From contig JBGVBY010000003.1 in NCBI GenBank assembly GCA_045226015.1, positions 6,243 to 70,242 on the forward strand: a DNA stretch of 64,000 nucleotides. The letters are read 5' to 3'. Shown piece by piece: positions 19,027 through 29,570 of the stretch. The notes under the pieces were generated by a model. That model was given only the letters and a program-made list of their open reading frames with translations, did not search any database and was not told where the DNA came from. Origin of the DNA: Bacilli bacterium (GTDB lineage Bacteria; Bacillota_I; Bacilli_A; RFN20; CAG-826). Positions within the stretch are counted from its first letter, which is position 1, and every line of letters begins with the position of its first letter. The translations under genes and the position numbers were made by a program.

Positions 19027-21084
19027 ATGGAAAATCAACTCATTAGTGCGTTTTTAATTGATTCCCATCACGTTGATGTTAATTATCTTTCTGAAGATAT
19101 TAAAAACATTGAATTCTTTTTAGATGGTGATGGAGAGATTTATAAATTCTTAACCGAAAGAATTGAACGCAACAACCAAATATTTAGGATTCATCTTTTC
19201 TCTGAAAAAGAGATTCTTTTAGGTAAGCTTTACACCTTTAAGACTAGTGAAGAAGATGAAGCAATTTTAAGAACCGATTTATATATCTCTAGTAAAGAAT
19301 TCGAAGACCTTTATTCTTATTCTGGAGAACTCGGAATTAAATACAGTAAAGAAGAGACTACTTTTAAACTTTGGTCTCCTTTATCTAATAAAGTCTCAAT
19401 TAAGATTGAGAAGAATGAAAATAACTTTGTTATTTTACCAATGAAAAGAAAAGACAAAGGCGTCTTTACTATTTCGATTAAAGGTGACTTATTCAATAAG
19501 AAATATTCTTATTTAGTCACTCAAAACAATATCCAAAAAGAAATTGTTGATCCATACGGTAAGGCTGTCAGTGTTAACTCTGAATATTCAGTGGTCATTG
19601 ACATCAATGATGTTATTAGTTTGGGTAAAGTTGCTCCTACTACAAAAATCAATAAACCAACAGATGCGGTTATTTATGAACTTCATATCCGTGACTTTAC
19701 CGAAGGAGATAAGAGTGTTACAAATTCTGGTAAATACTTAGGTATTTTAGAGAAAGTAGATTATTTAAAGAAACTTGGAGTCACTCACGTTCAACTTTTA
19801 CCAGTTATTGATTTTGGTGGAGTTGATGATTTGACTTCTGATTTATATAACTGGGGATATAACCCAATTTCTTTCTTTGCTTTAGAAGGAAGTTATTCCA
19901 ATTATCCAGAAGACGCTTTAGCGAGACTTTTAGAATTTAAAACACTAATAAATGAGCTTCATAAAAACGATATCCGTGTGGTTATGGATGTCGTTTATAA
20001 TCATTTATATGATTATATTACCACTTCATTCCAAAAGAATATTCCATATTATTATTTCCGTAGAAACGGAAAGAAAATGGCGAACGCTTCTGGATGTGGA
20101 AATGATGTTGCTAGTGAAAGAAAAATGGTCAGACGCATCATTGTCGACTCCATAAAATACTTCTTGGAAGTGTTTGATGTCGATGGATTTAGATTTGACC
20201 TTTTAGGTCTTATTGATATCGACACAAGTAAAGAAATTATTGAAGCAAGAAATAAGATTAAACCTGACGCTCTCTTATACGGAGAAGGTTGGAATATGGG
20301 TGTTGAACTTAAAGCCGAACAAAAGACCAGCAGTGATAACTCTCACCGTATCCCAGAAATGGGCTTCTTCAATGACCGCTTTAGAGATGTTATCAAAGGT
20401 TCAACATTTGATAGGCAATCTCCTGGTTATATTTTAGGTAACATTCACAACCATTTTGATGTTGATGATGTCCTATTTGGCTGCATGTTCTCTAATCGAT
20501 ACGCGAGTATTAATCAATCGATTAACTATGTTGAATGTCATGATAATCAAACTTTGTTTGATAAGCTCACATATTTTGATGAATCGTTAGAGACTAACCT
20601 TAAGAGAATTAAACTCGCTAATGCGATTACTGTTCTTTCTTTTGGAGTCCCATTTATTCACATGGGACAAGAAATTGGACAGACCAAAGAACTCTTAGAT
20701 AACACATATAATGTGCCTAAGATTAATAACATGAACTGGAAACTTGTTGAAGAAAGAGAAGACCTTGTTAAATACATGTCTGATTTGATCAGCCTTAGAA
20801 AGTATCTCCATTATAGTCAATACGACAACCTTAATGATATTAATGACTCAATTACTGTTGAGCATTTAGAAAATGGCTTATTATTAATCAAGATTACTAA
20901 TAAAGACTTCTTGATTAAGCATGATGTTGGCTTAGTTATTATTAATCCAACAGAAGATAATTTATCTGTCGAACTTGATGATTATTATTCAGTATTCTTC
21001 TCTAGTTCAGGATTCGTCAAAGGCGAACAAATGGTGAAGAACTTTATGGTTCCAGGATTATCATTGGAGGTCGTGGTTAAATAA
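19027..21084 (+). CDS. pulA: Type I pullulanase (GH13), apparently cytoplasmic (no signal peptide)
   Basis: 685 aa. GH13 motifs GFRFDLLG and YVECHDN are present. The N-terminus lacks a hydrophobic signal sequence. Confidence 0.8.
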   Translation: MENQLISAFLIDSHHVDVNYLSEDIKNIEFFLDGDGEIYKFLTERIERNNQIFRIHLFSEKEILLGKLYTFKTSEEDEAILRTDLYISSKEFEDLYSYSGELGIKYSKEETTFKLWSPLSNKVSIKIEKNENNFVILPMKRKDKGVFTISIKGDLFNKKYSYLVTQNNIQKEIVDPYGKAVSVNSEYSVVIDINDVISLGKVAPTTKINKPTDAVIYELHIRDFTEGDKSVTNSGKYLGILEKVDYLKKLGVTHVQLLPVIDFGGVDDLTSDLYNWGYNPISFFALEGSYSNYPEDALARLLEFKTLINELHKNDIRVVMDVVYNHLYDYITTSFQKNIPYYYFRRNGKKMANASGCGNDVASERKMVRRIIVDSIKYFLEVFDVDGFRFDLLGLIDIDTSKEIIEARNKIKPDALLYGEGWNMGVELKAEQKTSSDNSHRIPEMGFFNDRFRDVIKGSTFDRQSPGYILGNIHNHFDVDDVLFGCMFSNRYASINQSINYVECHDNQTLFDKLTYFDESLETNLKRIKLANAITVLSFGVPFIHMGQEIGQTKELLDNTYNVPKINNMNWKLVEEREDLVKYMSDLISLRKYLHYSQYDNLNDINDSITVEHLENGLLLIKITNKDFLIKHDVGLVIINPTEDNLSVELDDYYSVFFSSSGFVKGEQMVKNFMVPGLSLEVVVK

Positions 21085-21869
21085 TGTGGCACTTTCTTAG
21101 AGCGTTATTTCTTATTTTGCCAACCCTAATCTATGATTTTTTTGCGTGGATAATTAAATACTCTAATCATCCAGAAAAATATCCAATCGATATAAGATAT
21201 CGAAGAACAAGAAAACTTATTAGAAAAGCTAATTGTTTACTTAGGTTTGATTTCCACGTTGAAGGCTTAGAAAACGTTCCAAATGAAACGTGCTGTTTTT
21301 ACGCTAACCATTTAGCGGCGGTTGATCCACTTTTATTACTTGAAGTTTTAGATAAACCAACTGCCTTTTTAGGCAAAGTAGAAATCAAAAAAATTCCAGT
21401 AGTGGGACGTATTTTTAGTGGTATTAATGGTCTATTCTTAGATAGAGATGACCTTAAACAACAGCTTAGAATCATGATGAAAGTTGAAGCTTCTTTAAAG
21501 AATAATGACTGCAACTGGGTTATTTATCCAGAAGGAACAAGAAACAAGGATCCAATGAAAACCCTTATTCCTTTCCACCACGGAACCTTTAGAGCAGCAA
21601 TGAAGGCTAAAGTCCCATTAGTACCTGTCGTGGAATATGGTTCTTTTAGAGCGTTAAACTTAAAACACTCTTACAAACGATATCCTACATTCATTAAGTT
21701 CTTAAAACCAATTTATCCAAATGAATATGAGAACTTATCGACTACTGATGTTGCGATATTGATTCAAAGTAGAATTCAAAAAGAAATCAGCTTTATAGCA
21801 AAACCATACGATCATAAAGTTATGAGCGAACTCGGTGATAAATATTATCGTTTTAATAAAATTAAATAA
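21084..21869 (+). CDS. plsC: 1-acyl-sn-glycerol-3-phosphate acyltransferase (lysophospholipid acyltransferase family)
   Basis: 261 aa. Acyltransferase HxxxxD motif (NHLAAVD) and PEGTR motif are present. Confidence 0.8.
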   Translation: MWHFLRALFLILPTLIYDFFAWIIKYSNHPEKYPIDIRYRRTRKLIRKANCLLRFDFHVEGLENVPNETCCFYANHLAAVDPLLLLEVLDKPTAFLGKVEIKKIPVVGRIFSGINGLFLDRDDLKQQLRIMMKVEASLKNNDCNWVIYPEGTRNKDPMKTLIPFHHGTFRAAMKAKVPLVPVVEYGSFRALNLKHSYKRYPTFIKFLKPIYPNEYENLSTTDVAILIQSRIQKEISFIAKPYDHKVMSELGDKYYRFNKIK

Positions 21870-23153
21870 TTAGAATCTTTTTCTTAATCCCTTAGGATAA
21901 TTGTTCTTAATAACTCTGCCGTCAGTCTTAGCAATATCTACTGCGGCTTTTTTATATGTTAATAGGACCATACCTTTATATTCATTAGGTTTAGCTAGTT
22001 GATTTCCTTCTAGATACTTTTTAACCTCTTCTAAACTTAGTGCAATCTTATCTATGTTAGTAGATTCATCTAAAGTTCTAGCGTAGTGGAGATTGTATTT
22101 GAAGATGTCTTTTTTAAGCTCCCCAACCTTAACTCCATATCGGACCACTCTTAAGTTTTTAGTGTCTATCTTTTTAGGTAACGCAAACACAAAATCACCA
22201 TATTTTACGATGTCGCTATTTAAGTAAGAATTGACAACATATTTGCTAAACTTGTTGATTGATTCTTCGTGCTTGTTGCTACTATTACCTGGCTTAATTA
22301 TGTGACAGATGTATTGCCCTTCACCTTGATAGTGAGTGGGCATAAGTCTTACTCCTATTTTGTTAAGAGGATTGATATATCCTCCTTCAAAACTAAGTTC
22401 TTTTATTTGAGCGTCGCTATTATCTAATAGATAACTAACGACGTCTTCGTCTTCTTCTTTTGAGTAAGAGCAAGTGGAGTAAGATAATAGTCCACCTGGT
22501 TTAAGCATTTGATAAGCAATTATAATTAATTGTTTTTGAATTTCACTGAATTTATAAACTTTGTTTATAGACCAGTCTTCTTTATAGATATCCCCTTTTC
22601 TAAACATTCCACTTCCAGAACAAGGTGCGTCTAATATAATCTTATCGAATGTGTTTAAGTATTTTTGATAAATCAAAGAAAAGTCGTTATTTGTGACTAA
22701 TAAGTTTCTTAAACCTAGTCTTTCCGCATTGTTAGTGATGATGCTACTTCTACTAGATGAGATATCGTTTGAGATAATGACTCCCTTTCCGTTCATTTTT
22801 AATGACGCTTGAACACTTTTTCCTCCAGGAGCAGCACACATATCGAGCACAAAATCGTCTTCTTTGAAGTCGATTAAAGAAGAAACGAGCATTGCGCTTG
22901 GTTCTTGTAGATAATAAAACCCAAGCTCGTGATATAAGTGCTTTCCTAATTGATATTCATTCTTATCGTAGAGATAAGCATTCTTAATTAGTGGATGTTT
23001 TTTAACATGTGGGAATTCTTTTACGAATTCTTCGTTACTAATCTTATTTGTGTTAAGTAACACCGCGTGAGAATCCTCTTCCGAAAAAGAGTTAATCAAG
23101 CGATCAACTTCTTCGCTAGGAAGACTATTTTTTAAGTGTTCAACAAAATCCAT
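21870..23153 (-). CDS. RsmB/RsmF-family rRNA (cytosine-C5) methyltransferase
   Basis: SAM-binding motif DMCAAPGGKS, catalytic region DAPCSGSG and TCS motif are present. The track ORF extends to 23198; an internal Met (MDFVEHL) at 23153 is the more likely start. The start is uncertain. Confidence 0.75.
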   Translation of the reverse strand: MDFVEHLKNSLPSEEVDRLINSFSEEDSHAVLLNTNKISNEEFVKEFPHVKKHPLIKNAYLYDKNEYQLGKHLYHELGFYYLQEPSAMLVSSLIDFKEDDFVLDMCAAPGGKSVQASLKMNGKGVIISNDISSSRSSIITNNAERLGLRNLLVTNNDFSLIYQKYLNTFDKIILDAPCSGSGMFRKGDIYKEDWSINKVYKFSEIQKQLIIIAYQMLKPGGLLSYSTCSYSKEEDEDVVSYLLDNSDAQIKELSFEGGYINPLNKIGVRLMPTHYQGEGQYICHIIKPGNSSNKHEESINKFSKYVVNSYLNSDIVKYGDFVFALPKKIDTKNLRVVRYGVKVGELKKDIFKYNLHYARTLDESTNIDKIALSLEEVKKYLEGNQLAKPNEYKGMVLLTYKKAAVDIAKTDGRVIKNNYPKGLRKRF

Positions 23154-23233
23154 GTTTCTATTATATATGTAAGTGAAAATTAAATGTATTAAATACATTA
23201 TTTTGTGGTAACATATATGCGAGGTATTTTTAT

Positions 23234-24541
23234 ATGAGAATGGTAGATTTAATTATTAAAAAACGTGATGGTCACGAATTAACTGATGAAGAAATCAAGT
23301 TCTGGATTGACGGTTACGTTAAAGGTGAAGTACCAGATTATCAATCTAGCGCGATGAACATGGCTATTTTCTTTAAAGGAATGACCAAAAGAGAAATCGC
23401 AACCTTAACTGATTATATGGAACATAGTGGTGAAGTCATCGACTTATCCGCGATTGAAGGTATCAAAGTTGATAAACACAGCACTGGTGGAGTCGGAGAT
23501 AAAACTTCTTTAGTTTTAGGTCCAATGGTTGCTGCGGTTGGCGGTAAACTCGCTAAGATGAGTGGTAGAGGTTTAGGACATACAGGTGGAACACTTGATA
23601 AACTTGAATCAATTCCAAATATGTCTATTGCTAAAACCAAGGAAGAAATGATCGACCAAGTCAATAGAATTGGTTTAGCCATTATCGGACAAACAAGTTC
23701 ACTTGTTCCTGCTGATAAGAAGTTATACGCGCTCAGAGACGTTACTGGTACAGTTGAATCTATCCCATTAATTGCCGCTAGTGTTATGAGTAAGAAACTC
23801 GCTAGTGGAACAGACGCTATTTTACTTGATGTCACCGTAGGTGAAGGTGCATTTATGAAGAACATGGACAGCGCTAGAGAATTAGCGAGAACCATGGTCG
23901 GTATTGGTAACTCTTTAAAAAGAGATACCGTTGCGGTATTAAGTGATATGAGTGAACCTTTAGGTTTTGCAGTTGGTAATAACCTTGAAGTTAAAGAAGC
24001 CATCGCCTCTTTACATGGTAAAGGTCCAGAAGATTTAATGGAACTCTGTTATACATCAGGAAGTATTATGCTTGTTCAAGCTAAAGTCTGTAAGACTCTT
24101 GAAGAAGCTAGAGAAAAACTCCACGAAGTTATTAATAACGGTAAAGCCTTTGAGAAATTATGCTTAATGGTTGAGGCTCAAGGTGGAGATGTTTCTTATA
24201 TTAGAAATCCTGAAAAATTTGAAATGTCTAAGAATATTATTGAGATTAGAAGTGAAGAAGATGGCTACATTAAAGAGATCAACGCTTTAGAAATCGGTAT
24301 TAGTGCGATGAAATTAGGTGCTGGTAGAGAAACTCTTGAAGATGTTATCGATATGAGCGCCGGTATTGTCTTAGACAAGAAGATTGGTGCTAAAGTCAGT
24401 AAAGGTGATCTCTTATGCACTGTTTACACCAACAAATCAAAAGAAGAATATCTACCTGTATTAGATGAAATCAAAGCAGCGTACAAGTTCTCTAAAGAGA
24501 AAGTTGATGTTCTTCCAGTTATTAGAGAAGTTATTCGTTAA
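23234..24541 (+). CDS. pdp: Pyrimidine-nucleoside phosphorylase
   Basis: 435 aa. IIKKRDGHELTDEEIKFWIDGYVKG and HSTGGVGDK motifs are characteristic of Pdp/thymidine phosphorylase. Confidence 0.9.
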   Translation: MRMVDLIIKKRDGHELTDEEIKFWIDGYVKGEVPDYQSSAMNMAIFFKGMTKREIATLTDYMEHSGEVIDLSAIEGIKVDKHSTGGVGDKTSLVLGPMVAAVGGKLAKMSGRGLGHTGGTLDKLESIPNMSIAKTKEEMIDQVNRIGLAIIGQTSSLVPADKKLYALRDVTGTVESIPLIAASVMSKKLASGTDAILLDVTVGEGAFMKNMDSARELARTMVGIGNSLKRDTVAVLSDMSEPLGFAVGNNLEVKEAIASLHGKGPEDLMELCYTSGSIMLVQAKVCKTLEEAREKLHEVINNGKAFEKLCLMVEAQGGDVSYIRNPEKFEMSKNIIEIRSEEDGYIKEINALEIGISAMKLGAGRETLEDVIDMSAGIVLDKKIGAKVSKGDLLCTVYTNKSKEEYLPVLDEIKAAYKFSKEKVDVLPVIREVIR

Positions 24542-24993
24542 TGAAAGTAATTTTACAAACAGTAAAAGAAGTACACGTTGATATATTAGGTAAAACCGTT
24601 GGAAGTATTTCTAACGGTTACCTTTTACTTGTCGGCTTTACTGATGGTGATGACAAAGAAATTGTCACTCGTATGGTTGATAAAATATTGAAGTTAAGAG
24701 TGTTCCCTGATGATCATGGACAAATAAATTTGTCCTTGTTTGATGTTAAGGGAGGTATCCTTTCAATTAGTCAATTCACGTTATACGCGAACACGAAAGG
24801 TGGAAGAAGACCATCGTTTGTGGAAGCGATGCGTCCTCATGAAGCAGAAGTTCTTTATGACTTCTTTAATTCTGAGCTTGAACACCTTTCTGGATTACAA
24901 ATATCGACAGGTGTGTTTGGCGCAGATATGAAAGTCCATTCTATCAATGACGGACCTTTCACTTTGGTGCTTGATAGTAAGGAACTATTCTAA
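24541..24993 (+). CDS. dtd: D-aminoacyl-tRNA deacylase
   Basis: 150 aa. MKVILQTV...LLLVGFTDGD and the SQFTL motif are present. Overlapping start with pdp. Confidence 0.9.
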   Translation: MKVILQTVKEVHVDILGKTVGSISNGYLLLVGFTDGDDKEIVTRMVDKILKLRVFPDDHGQINLSLFDVKGGILSISQFTLYANTKGGRRPSFVEAMRPHEAEVLYDFFNSELEHLSGLQISTGVFGADMKVHSINDGPFTLVLDSKELF

Positions 24994-26123
24994 TGAAAGT
25001 ATTAGTTGGTCTTTCTGGTGGTGTCGATAGCGCAGTTGCAGCCTATCTTCTTAAGAAGAGTGGCTACGGTGTGACTGCTTGTTTTATGCGTAACTGGGAT
25101 TCACTTGCTAATAACGATTACTTAGGAAACCCAAATATCAATAACTCTCAATGTCCTCAAGAAAAAGACTATGATGACGCGGTTAATGTTGCTAAAAAAC
25201 TTGGAATTGAGTTACTCAGAATTGATTTCGTTAAAGAATATTGGGATGATGTTTTTTCTTATCTCATTAGAGAATATGAAGTAGGGAGAACCCCTAATCC
25301 TGATATATTTTGTAATAAATATATCAAATTTGATGCTTTCTTAAAGTTCGCTAAAGAAAAAGGCTTTGACATGATAGCTATGGGGCATTACGCAAAACGC
25401 GTTGATAAAGACGGCGTTGCTTATCTTTGTAAGTCGTACGATCAAAACAAGGATCAAACCTATTTCTTATCACAAATCAGTCAAGAGCAACTCGCTTTCT
25501 CCTTATTCCCATTAGGAGATATCGATAAGAGCGAAGTGAGAAAGATCGCTCATGAATTGGATTTAGAAATCGCTGATAAAAAAGATTCTACCGGAGTGTG
25601 TTTTATTGGTGAGAGAAACTTCAAAGAATTCTTAAAGAACTATATTCCTGCTAAAAAAGGAAACATTGTTGATATTGATTCTAGTAAGGTTATAGGCACT
25701 CATGAAGGTGTGATGTATTACACAATTGGTCAAAGAAAAGGACTTGGTATTGGAGGTATTGCTAATACTGAGGCTAAAGGCTGGTTTGTAGTTAAAAAAG
25801 ATATCAAGAAAAATATCCTTTATGTCGCTAGTGGAAGCGAGAATGATCGCCTCAATAGTGATAGCTGTTATGTCACTAATTTAAATTTCATCAGTGGCAA
25901 GCCAAAAGACGGTGAACACATCAATGTTAAATTTAGATATCGTCAAAAGGATAACGGAGTAACGATCCACTTTGTTAGTGAAGATAAAGTCTTATTAAAA
26001 TTTGATGAACCGTATAAAGCGGTTACTCCTGGCCAAGCAGCGGTTTTCTATCTAGGAGACATCTGTTTAGGTGGAGGTTTAATTGATTCCACATATTATA
26101 AAGGAAATCGAACAGATTTATAA
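24993..26123 (+). CDS. mnmA: tRNA-specific 2-thiouridylase MnmA
   Basis: 376 aa. PP-loop motif GLSGGVDSAV and catalytic Cys region are present. Confidence 0.92.
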   Translation: MKVLVGLSGGVDSAVAAYLLKKSGYGVTACFMRNWDSLANNDYLGNPNINNSQCPQEKDYDDAVNVAKKLGIELLRIDFVKEYWDDVFSYLIREYEVGRTPNPDIFCNKYIKFDAFLKFAKEKGFDMIAMGHYAKRVDKDGVAYLCKSYDQNKDQTYFLSQISQEQLAFSLFPLGDIDKSEVRKIAHELDLEIADKKDSTGVCFIGERNFKEFLKNYIPAKKGNIVDIDSSKVIGTHEGVMYYTIGQRKGLGIGGIANTEAKGWFVVKKDIKKNILYVASGSENDRLNSDSCYVTNLNFISGKPKDGEHINVKFRYRQKDNGVTIHFVSEDKVLLKFDEPYKAVTPGQAAVFYLGDICLGGGLIDSTYYKGNRTDL

Positions 26124-26125
26124 AA

Positions 26126-26150
26126 ATAAAAGGCCATAGGCCTTTTTATT
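26126..26150. terminator. Bidirectional rho-independent terminator shared by mnmA (+) and the GNAT gene (-)
   Basis: Hairpin aaaaggcc-atag-gccttttt flanked by A-run and T-run. It overlaps the stop codon of the minus-strand gene. Confidence 0.65.
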
Positions 26151-26688
26151 TAACTTCATGTATGTTTTTCAATACCTCTTTTCCAAATAATGTGAGATAT
26201 AAATCTTCATATTCTTGGTATGAAATTTTGTGTTTGCCTCTATAGCAAGTATCGTAAACAACTCCATATTCAAATGTCTTTAAGTTGTTGTCTATAAAGC
26301 CGTTACAATTATAGAATTTTTTTCTCCTCTTTCTTAGCTCAATATCATCATATTTATCATCAATTTCTTCATAACAAATCAGGATGTTTTTGTCTTTAAA
26401 TCTTTCCTTAATGCTATCTAAGATTTTGCTGCCATAACCTTGGTTTCTTTTTGATGGGCTGACCGCTAAGAAAAAGAGGTATAACAAATCACGATTATAG
26501 GTTAATAATGTAAACCCTATAAATTCATCCTTTTCTGTATAATAAACTTCGATATCTGCAGAGTCTTTCTTACCAATTTGATAAAAGATATTTACTGGAG
26601 GTCTTTCTTCTTCCGGAAAGGCATCGATGTATAAAGGAGTAACATCCTTTTTGATTGATTTATCACTTTTGTAATTTATTATTTTCAT
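26146..26688 (-). CDS. GNAT-family N-acetyltransferase
   Basis: 180 aa. Acetyl-CoA binding motif region LAVSPSKRNQGYGSKIL (Q/RxxGxG/A) is present. Confidence 0.65.
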   Translation of the reverse strand: MKIINYKSDKSIKKDVTPLYIDAFPEEERPPVNIFYQIGKKDSADIEVYYTEKDEFIGFTLLTYNRDLLYLFFLAVSPSKRNQGYGSKILDSIKERFKDKNILICYEEIDDKYDDIELRKRRKKFYNCNGFIDNNLKTFEYGVVYDTCYRGKHKISYQEYEDLYLTLFGKEVLKNIHEVK

Positions 26689-26775
26689 TACTGTAATTTT
26701 AAATCGTTCAACTTTTAATAAAAAGTTATTTCTTAAAGCAATCTAATTTGAGATAATAGCAATGAGGTATCACAT

Positions 26776-27282
26776 ATGAAGACATTAGTTGTTTATTTCT
26801 CTCGTGTCGGAGAGAATAGTGTTAATGGTGAAGTAAGTATTATTGAAAAAGGCTTTACTGAAACACTAGCAGAAAACATCGCTTCTAGAACCGGAGCGGA
26901 TTTATTCAAATTAGAACCAGAGATTCCTTATCCAACTTCTTATGAAGAATGTGTTAAAAGAAGCAGAATTGAGGATCAATATAATGAAAAGGTTCCTTAC
27001 TTACATCCTCTTTCATCTTTAGATGAATATGATGTGATTTATTTAGGATTCCCATGCTGGTGGAGAACTTATCCACGTATTGTTGCTTCCTTTATTAGAG
27101 ACCATTCTTGGGTTGGCAAAGTTGTCTATCCATTCGCCACTAATGAAGAAGGTGCTTTAGGCATGGCAGAACTTGAACTAAAAGGCGCTCTTAAAGGCGC
27201 AATCATTAAGAAAGGATTTGCCTGTAAGGGAAGTGAAGTTAATAACGTTAACGACAAACTCGATGCTTGGGTAGGTAAATAA
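26776..27282 (+). CDS. Flavodoxin-family protein
   Basis: 168 aa. MKTLVVYFSRVGENS is an N-terminal FMN-binding loop typical of flavodoxin-like proteins. Confidence 0.7.
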   Translation: MKTLVVYFSRVGENSVNGEVSIIEKGFTETLAENIASRTGADLFKLEPEIPYPTSYEECVKRSRIEDQYNEKVPYLHPLSSLDEYDVIYLGFPCWWRTYPRIVASFIRDHSWVGKVVYPFATNEEGALGMAELELKGALKGAIIKKGFACKGSEVNNVNDKLDAWVGK

Positions 27283-27284
27283 TC

Positions 27285-29084
27285 ATGAAAAAAGTAACAA
27301 ATGATATCTTCTACGTTGGTGTTAACGACCATCAAGTAGACTTATTTGAAGGACAATATATTGTTCCTAATGGTATGGCGTATAACTCATACGTCATCAA
27401 AGATGACTTAATCGCCATTATGGATACAGTTGACGCTCATTTTACTGATGAGTGGCTCAAAAACATTAAAGAAGTGCTCGGAAAAGATAAACCAACATAT
27501 TTAATCGTTCAACATATGGAACCTGACCACTCTGCAAACATCATGAATCTTATTAAGGAATATCCTGATGTATTTGTAGTAGGGAATACAAAAACCTTTA
27601 AGATGATGGAACAATTCTTCCACGAAGAAATCAAACACAAATTAGTGGTCAACGAAGGTGATACTCTTAACTTAGGTAAACATGTCTTACATTTCGTCTT
27701 TGCACCTATGGTGCACTGGCCAGAAGTCATGGTCACTTATGACGAAAATGATAAGGTACTTTTCTCCGCTGATGGATTCGGTAAATTCGGAGCGTTAGAC
27801 GTTGAAGAAGACTGGGCGTGTGAAGCTAGAAGATATTATATCGGTATCGTTGGTAAATACGGCGCTCAAGTCCAAGCTTTACTTAAGAAAGCTAGTGCGT
27901 TAGATATTCAAATCATTTGTCCATTACATGGACCAATCTTAGACAAAGATTTAGGTTATTATTTGAACCTTTATGATATTTGGAGTTCTTATAAAACCGA
28001 AACTGAAGGTGTTGCCATTTTCTATACCTCAGTTTATGGTCACACTAAAGTGGCAGCCGAACTTCTTAAAGAAGAATTGCTTAAAAACGGCACACCTAAA
28101 GTTGCTCTTAACGATTTAGCTCGTGAAGATATGGCGGAGTGTGTTGAAGATGCCTTTAGATATGGAAAGATTGTCTTAGCAACAACTACCTATAACGCTG
28201 GTATTTTCCCATTCATGGAAACATTTATCGCTCACTTAGTGGAACGTAATTTCCAAAACAAAAAAATTGGTTTAATTGAAAACGGTACCTGGGCTCCAAT
28301 GGCGGCTAAGGTAATGAGTGATAAACTCGCTAATAGTAAGAATGTGACTATTTTAAGCCCAGTCGTGAAGATTTTATCTTCACTCACTGAAGAAAACAAA
28401 GAACAAATCAAAGCTTTAGCAGACGCTTTAAGCGAAGAATATAAAGCTAAAAAAGAGATTGTTGAAGAAGTTAAACCAGAGATTGATTCTAAGGCTTTAT
28501 TCAAAATTGGATACGGTTTATACGTTGTCACTTCTAGAGATGGAAATAAGGATAATGGTTTAATTGTTAACACAGTTACCCAATTAACCGATACTCCTCT
28601 TAGAGTAGCGGTCAACATCAATAAACTTAATTATTCTCATGACTTAATCAAAAAGACTGGAGTTCTTAACGTTAACTGTTTAAATATTGAGGCTCCATTC
28701 AGTGTTTTCCAAGAATACGGATTTGTTTCTGGAAAAGATAAAAACAAATTTGAAGGTAAAGAAATTGTTAGAAGCGCTAACGGAGTAGCGGTGTTAACTC
28801 AATTCGTTAATTCGGTTATTTCCTTAAAGGTTGATCAATATGTTGATTTAGGTACACACGGAATGTTTATTTGTTCCGTTACTGAATCTAAGGTCATCAA
28901 CAATGTTGAAACAATGACTTATAATTATTACCAAGCTAACGTCAAACCAAAACCACAAACCGAAAAGAAGAAGGGTTATGTTTGTAAAGTGTGCGGATAT
29001 GTCTATGAAGGGGATGAACTCCCAGAAGATATCATTTGCCCATTATGTAAACATGGCGCTGCTGATTTCGAAGAAATAAAATAA
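27285..29084 (+). CDS. Multidomain flavodiiron protein (FprA-type O2/NO reductase) fused to flavin-reductase-like and rubredoxin domains
   Basis: 599 aa. The diiron site motif is in a beta-lactamase-like domain ([11 protein letters not shown]). This is followed by a flavodoxin-like domain, a flavin reductase-like domain ([21 protein letters not shown]) and a C-terminal rubredoxin module ([11 protein letters not shown]...CPLCKHG). Confidence 0.85.
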   Translation: MKKVTNDIFYVGVNDHQVDLFEGQYIVPNGMAYNSYVIKDDLIAIMDTVDAHFTDEWLKNIKEVLGKDKPTYLIVQHMEPDHSANIMNLIKEYPDVFVVGNTKTFKMMEQFFHEEIKHKLVVNEGDTLNLGKHVLHFVFAPMVHWPEVMVTYDENDKVLFSADGFGKFGALDVEEDWACEARRYYIGIVGKYGAQVQALLKKASALDIQIICPLHGPILDKDLGYYLNLYDIWSSYKTETEGVAIFYTSVYGHTKVAAELLKEELLKNGTPKVALNDLAREDMAECVEDAFRYGKIVLATTTYNAGIFPFMETFIAHLVERNFQNKKIGLIENGTWAPMAAKVMSDKLANSKNVTILSPVVKILSSLTEENKEQIKALADALSEEYKAKKEIVEEVKPEIDSKALFKIGYGLYVVTSRDGNKDNGLIVNTVTQLTDTPLRVAVNINKLNYSHDLIKKTGVLNVNCLNIEAPFSVFQEYGFVSGKDKNKFEGKEIVRSANGVAVLTQFVNSVISLKVDQYVDLGTHGMFICSVTESKVINNVETMTYNYYQANVKPKPQTEKKKGYVCKVCGYVYEGDELPEDIICPLCKHGAADFEEIK

Positions 29085-29094
29085 GGAGAAAATT

Positions 29095-29250
29095 ATGAGA
29101 TACGTTTGTCCTCAATGTGGGTTCGTCTATGACGAAGACGAAGGCGATCCAGCAAATGGTATTGCCCCAGGAACTAAATTTGAAGATCTTCCAGAATCTT
29201 ATTTGTGCCCATGGTGTGGTGCACCAAAAGACGTTTTTGAAGAAGAATAA
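29095..29250 (+). CDS. rub: Rubredoxin (51 aa, missed by the >=60 aa ORF track)
   Basis: RBS aaggag precedes ATG 29095. Translation [51 protein letters not shown] has the two CxxCG knuckles of rubredoxin. Confidence 0.85.
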   Translation: MRYVCPQCGFVYDEDEGDPANGIAPGTKFEDLPESYLCPWCGAPKDVFEEE

Positions 29251-29270
29251 TATTAAAATAATTACGGAAA

Positions 29271-29297
29271 TTGACCTACCTATGTAGGTCTTTTTTC
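29271..29297 (+). terminator. Rho-independent terminator after rubredoxin
   Basis: Hairpin gacctacc-tatg-taggtc followed by tttttt. Confidence 0.75.
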
Positions 29298-29344
29298 ATA
29301 ATGCTGTTGAATATTTTTAATACTAAATGTATTATAATTTCCGT

Positions 29345-29552
29345 TGAGGGAACTAAGTTTATTGTTTCTATTCTAAGAGAACGCTAGTTGGTGAGAAAGC
29401 GTAATAGAAAATAAATGTGCCACTCCCTGTCACGTGGGTAATGCCACCGTTAAGTTGACGAAATAACTATAATTAAGAGCCAATTCTGAAATAGAGTTGG
29501 AAATAGGATGGTATCGCGGCTATGTTCGTTCCTATAATGGAACGTTTTCTTA
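29345..29552 (+). promoter_or_regulatory. T-box riboswitch leader upstream of alaS (probable Ala specifier)
   Basis: Conserved T-box sequence aaataGGATGGTATCGCGG at ~29501-29520 (consensus AGGGUGGNACCGCG; UGGU would pair with the tRNA ACCA end, discriminator A as in tRNA-Ala). Stem I has an AGAGA motif (ctaAGAGAacGCTag), with a candidate GCU specifier followed by a purine. An intrinsic terminator gttcgttcc-tataat-ggaacg-ttttct lies at 29524-29550, immediately before the alaS RBS. Confidence 0.7.
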
Positions 29553-29570
29553 TATTTGGAGGAAAAAATT

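Noticed and set aside
19027-21084. Pullulanase as a horizontally acquired secreted glycosidase
   Set aside because: The gene is tightly packed between ftsK and plsC with only 2-nt and overlapping junctions. It has native-like composition and lacks a signal peptide. It is more consistent with a resident cytoplasmic debranching enzyme (AmyX-like) than with an acquired island.
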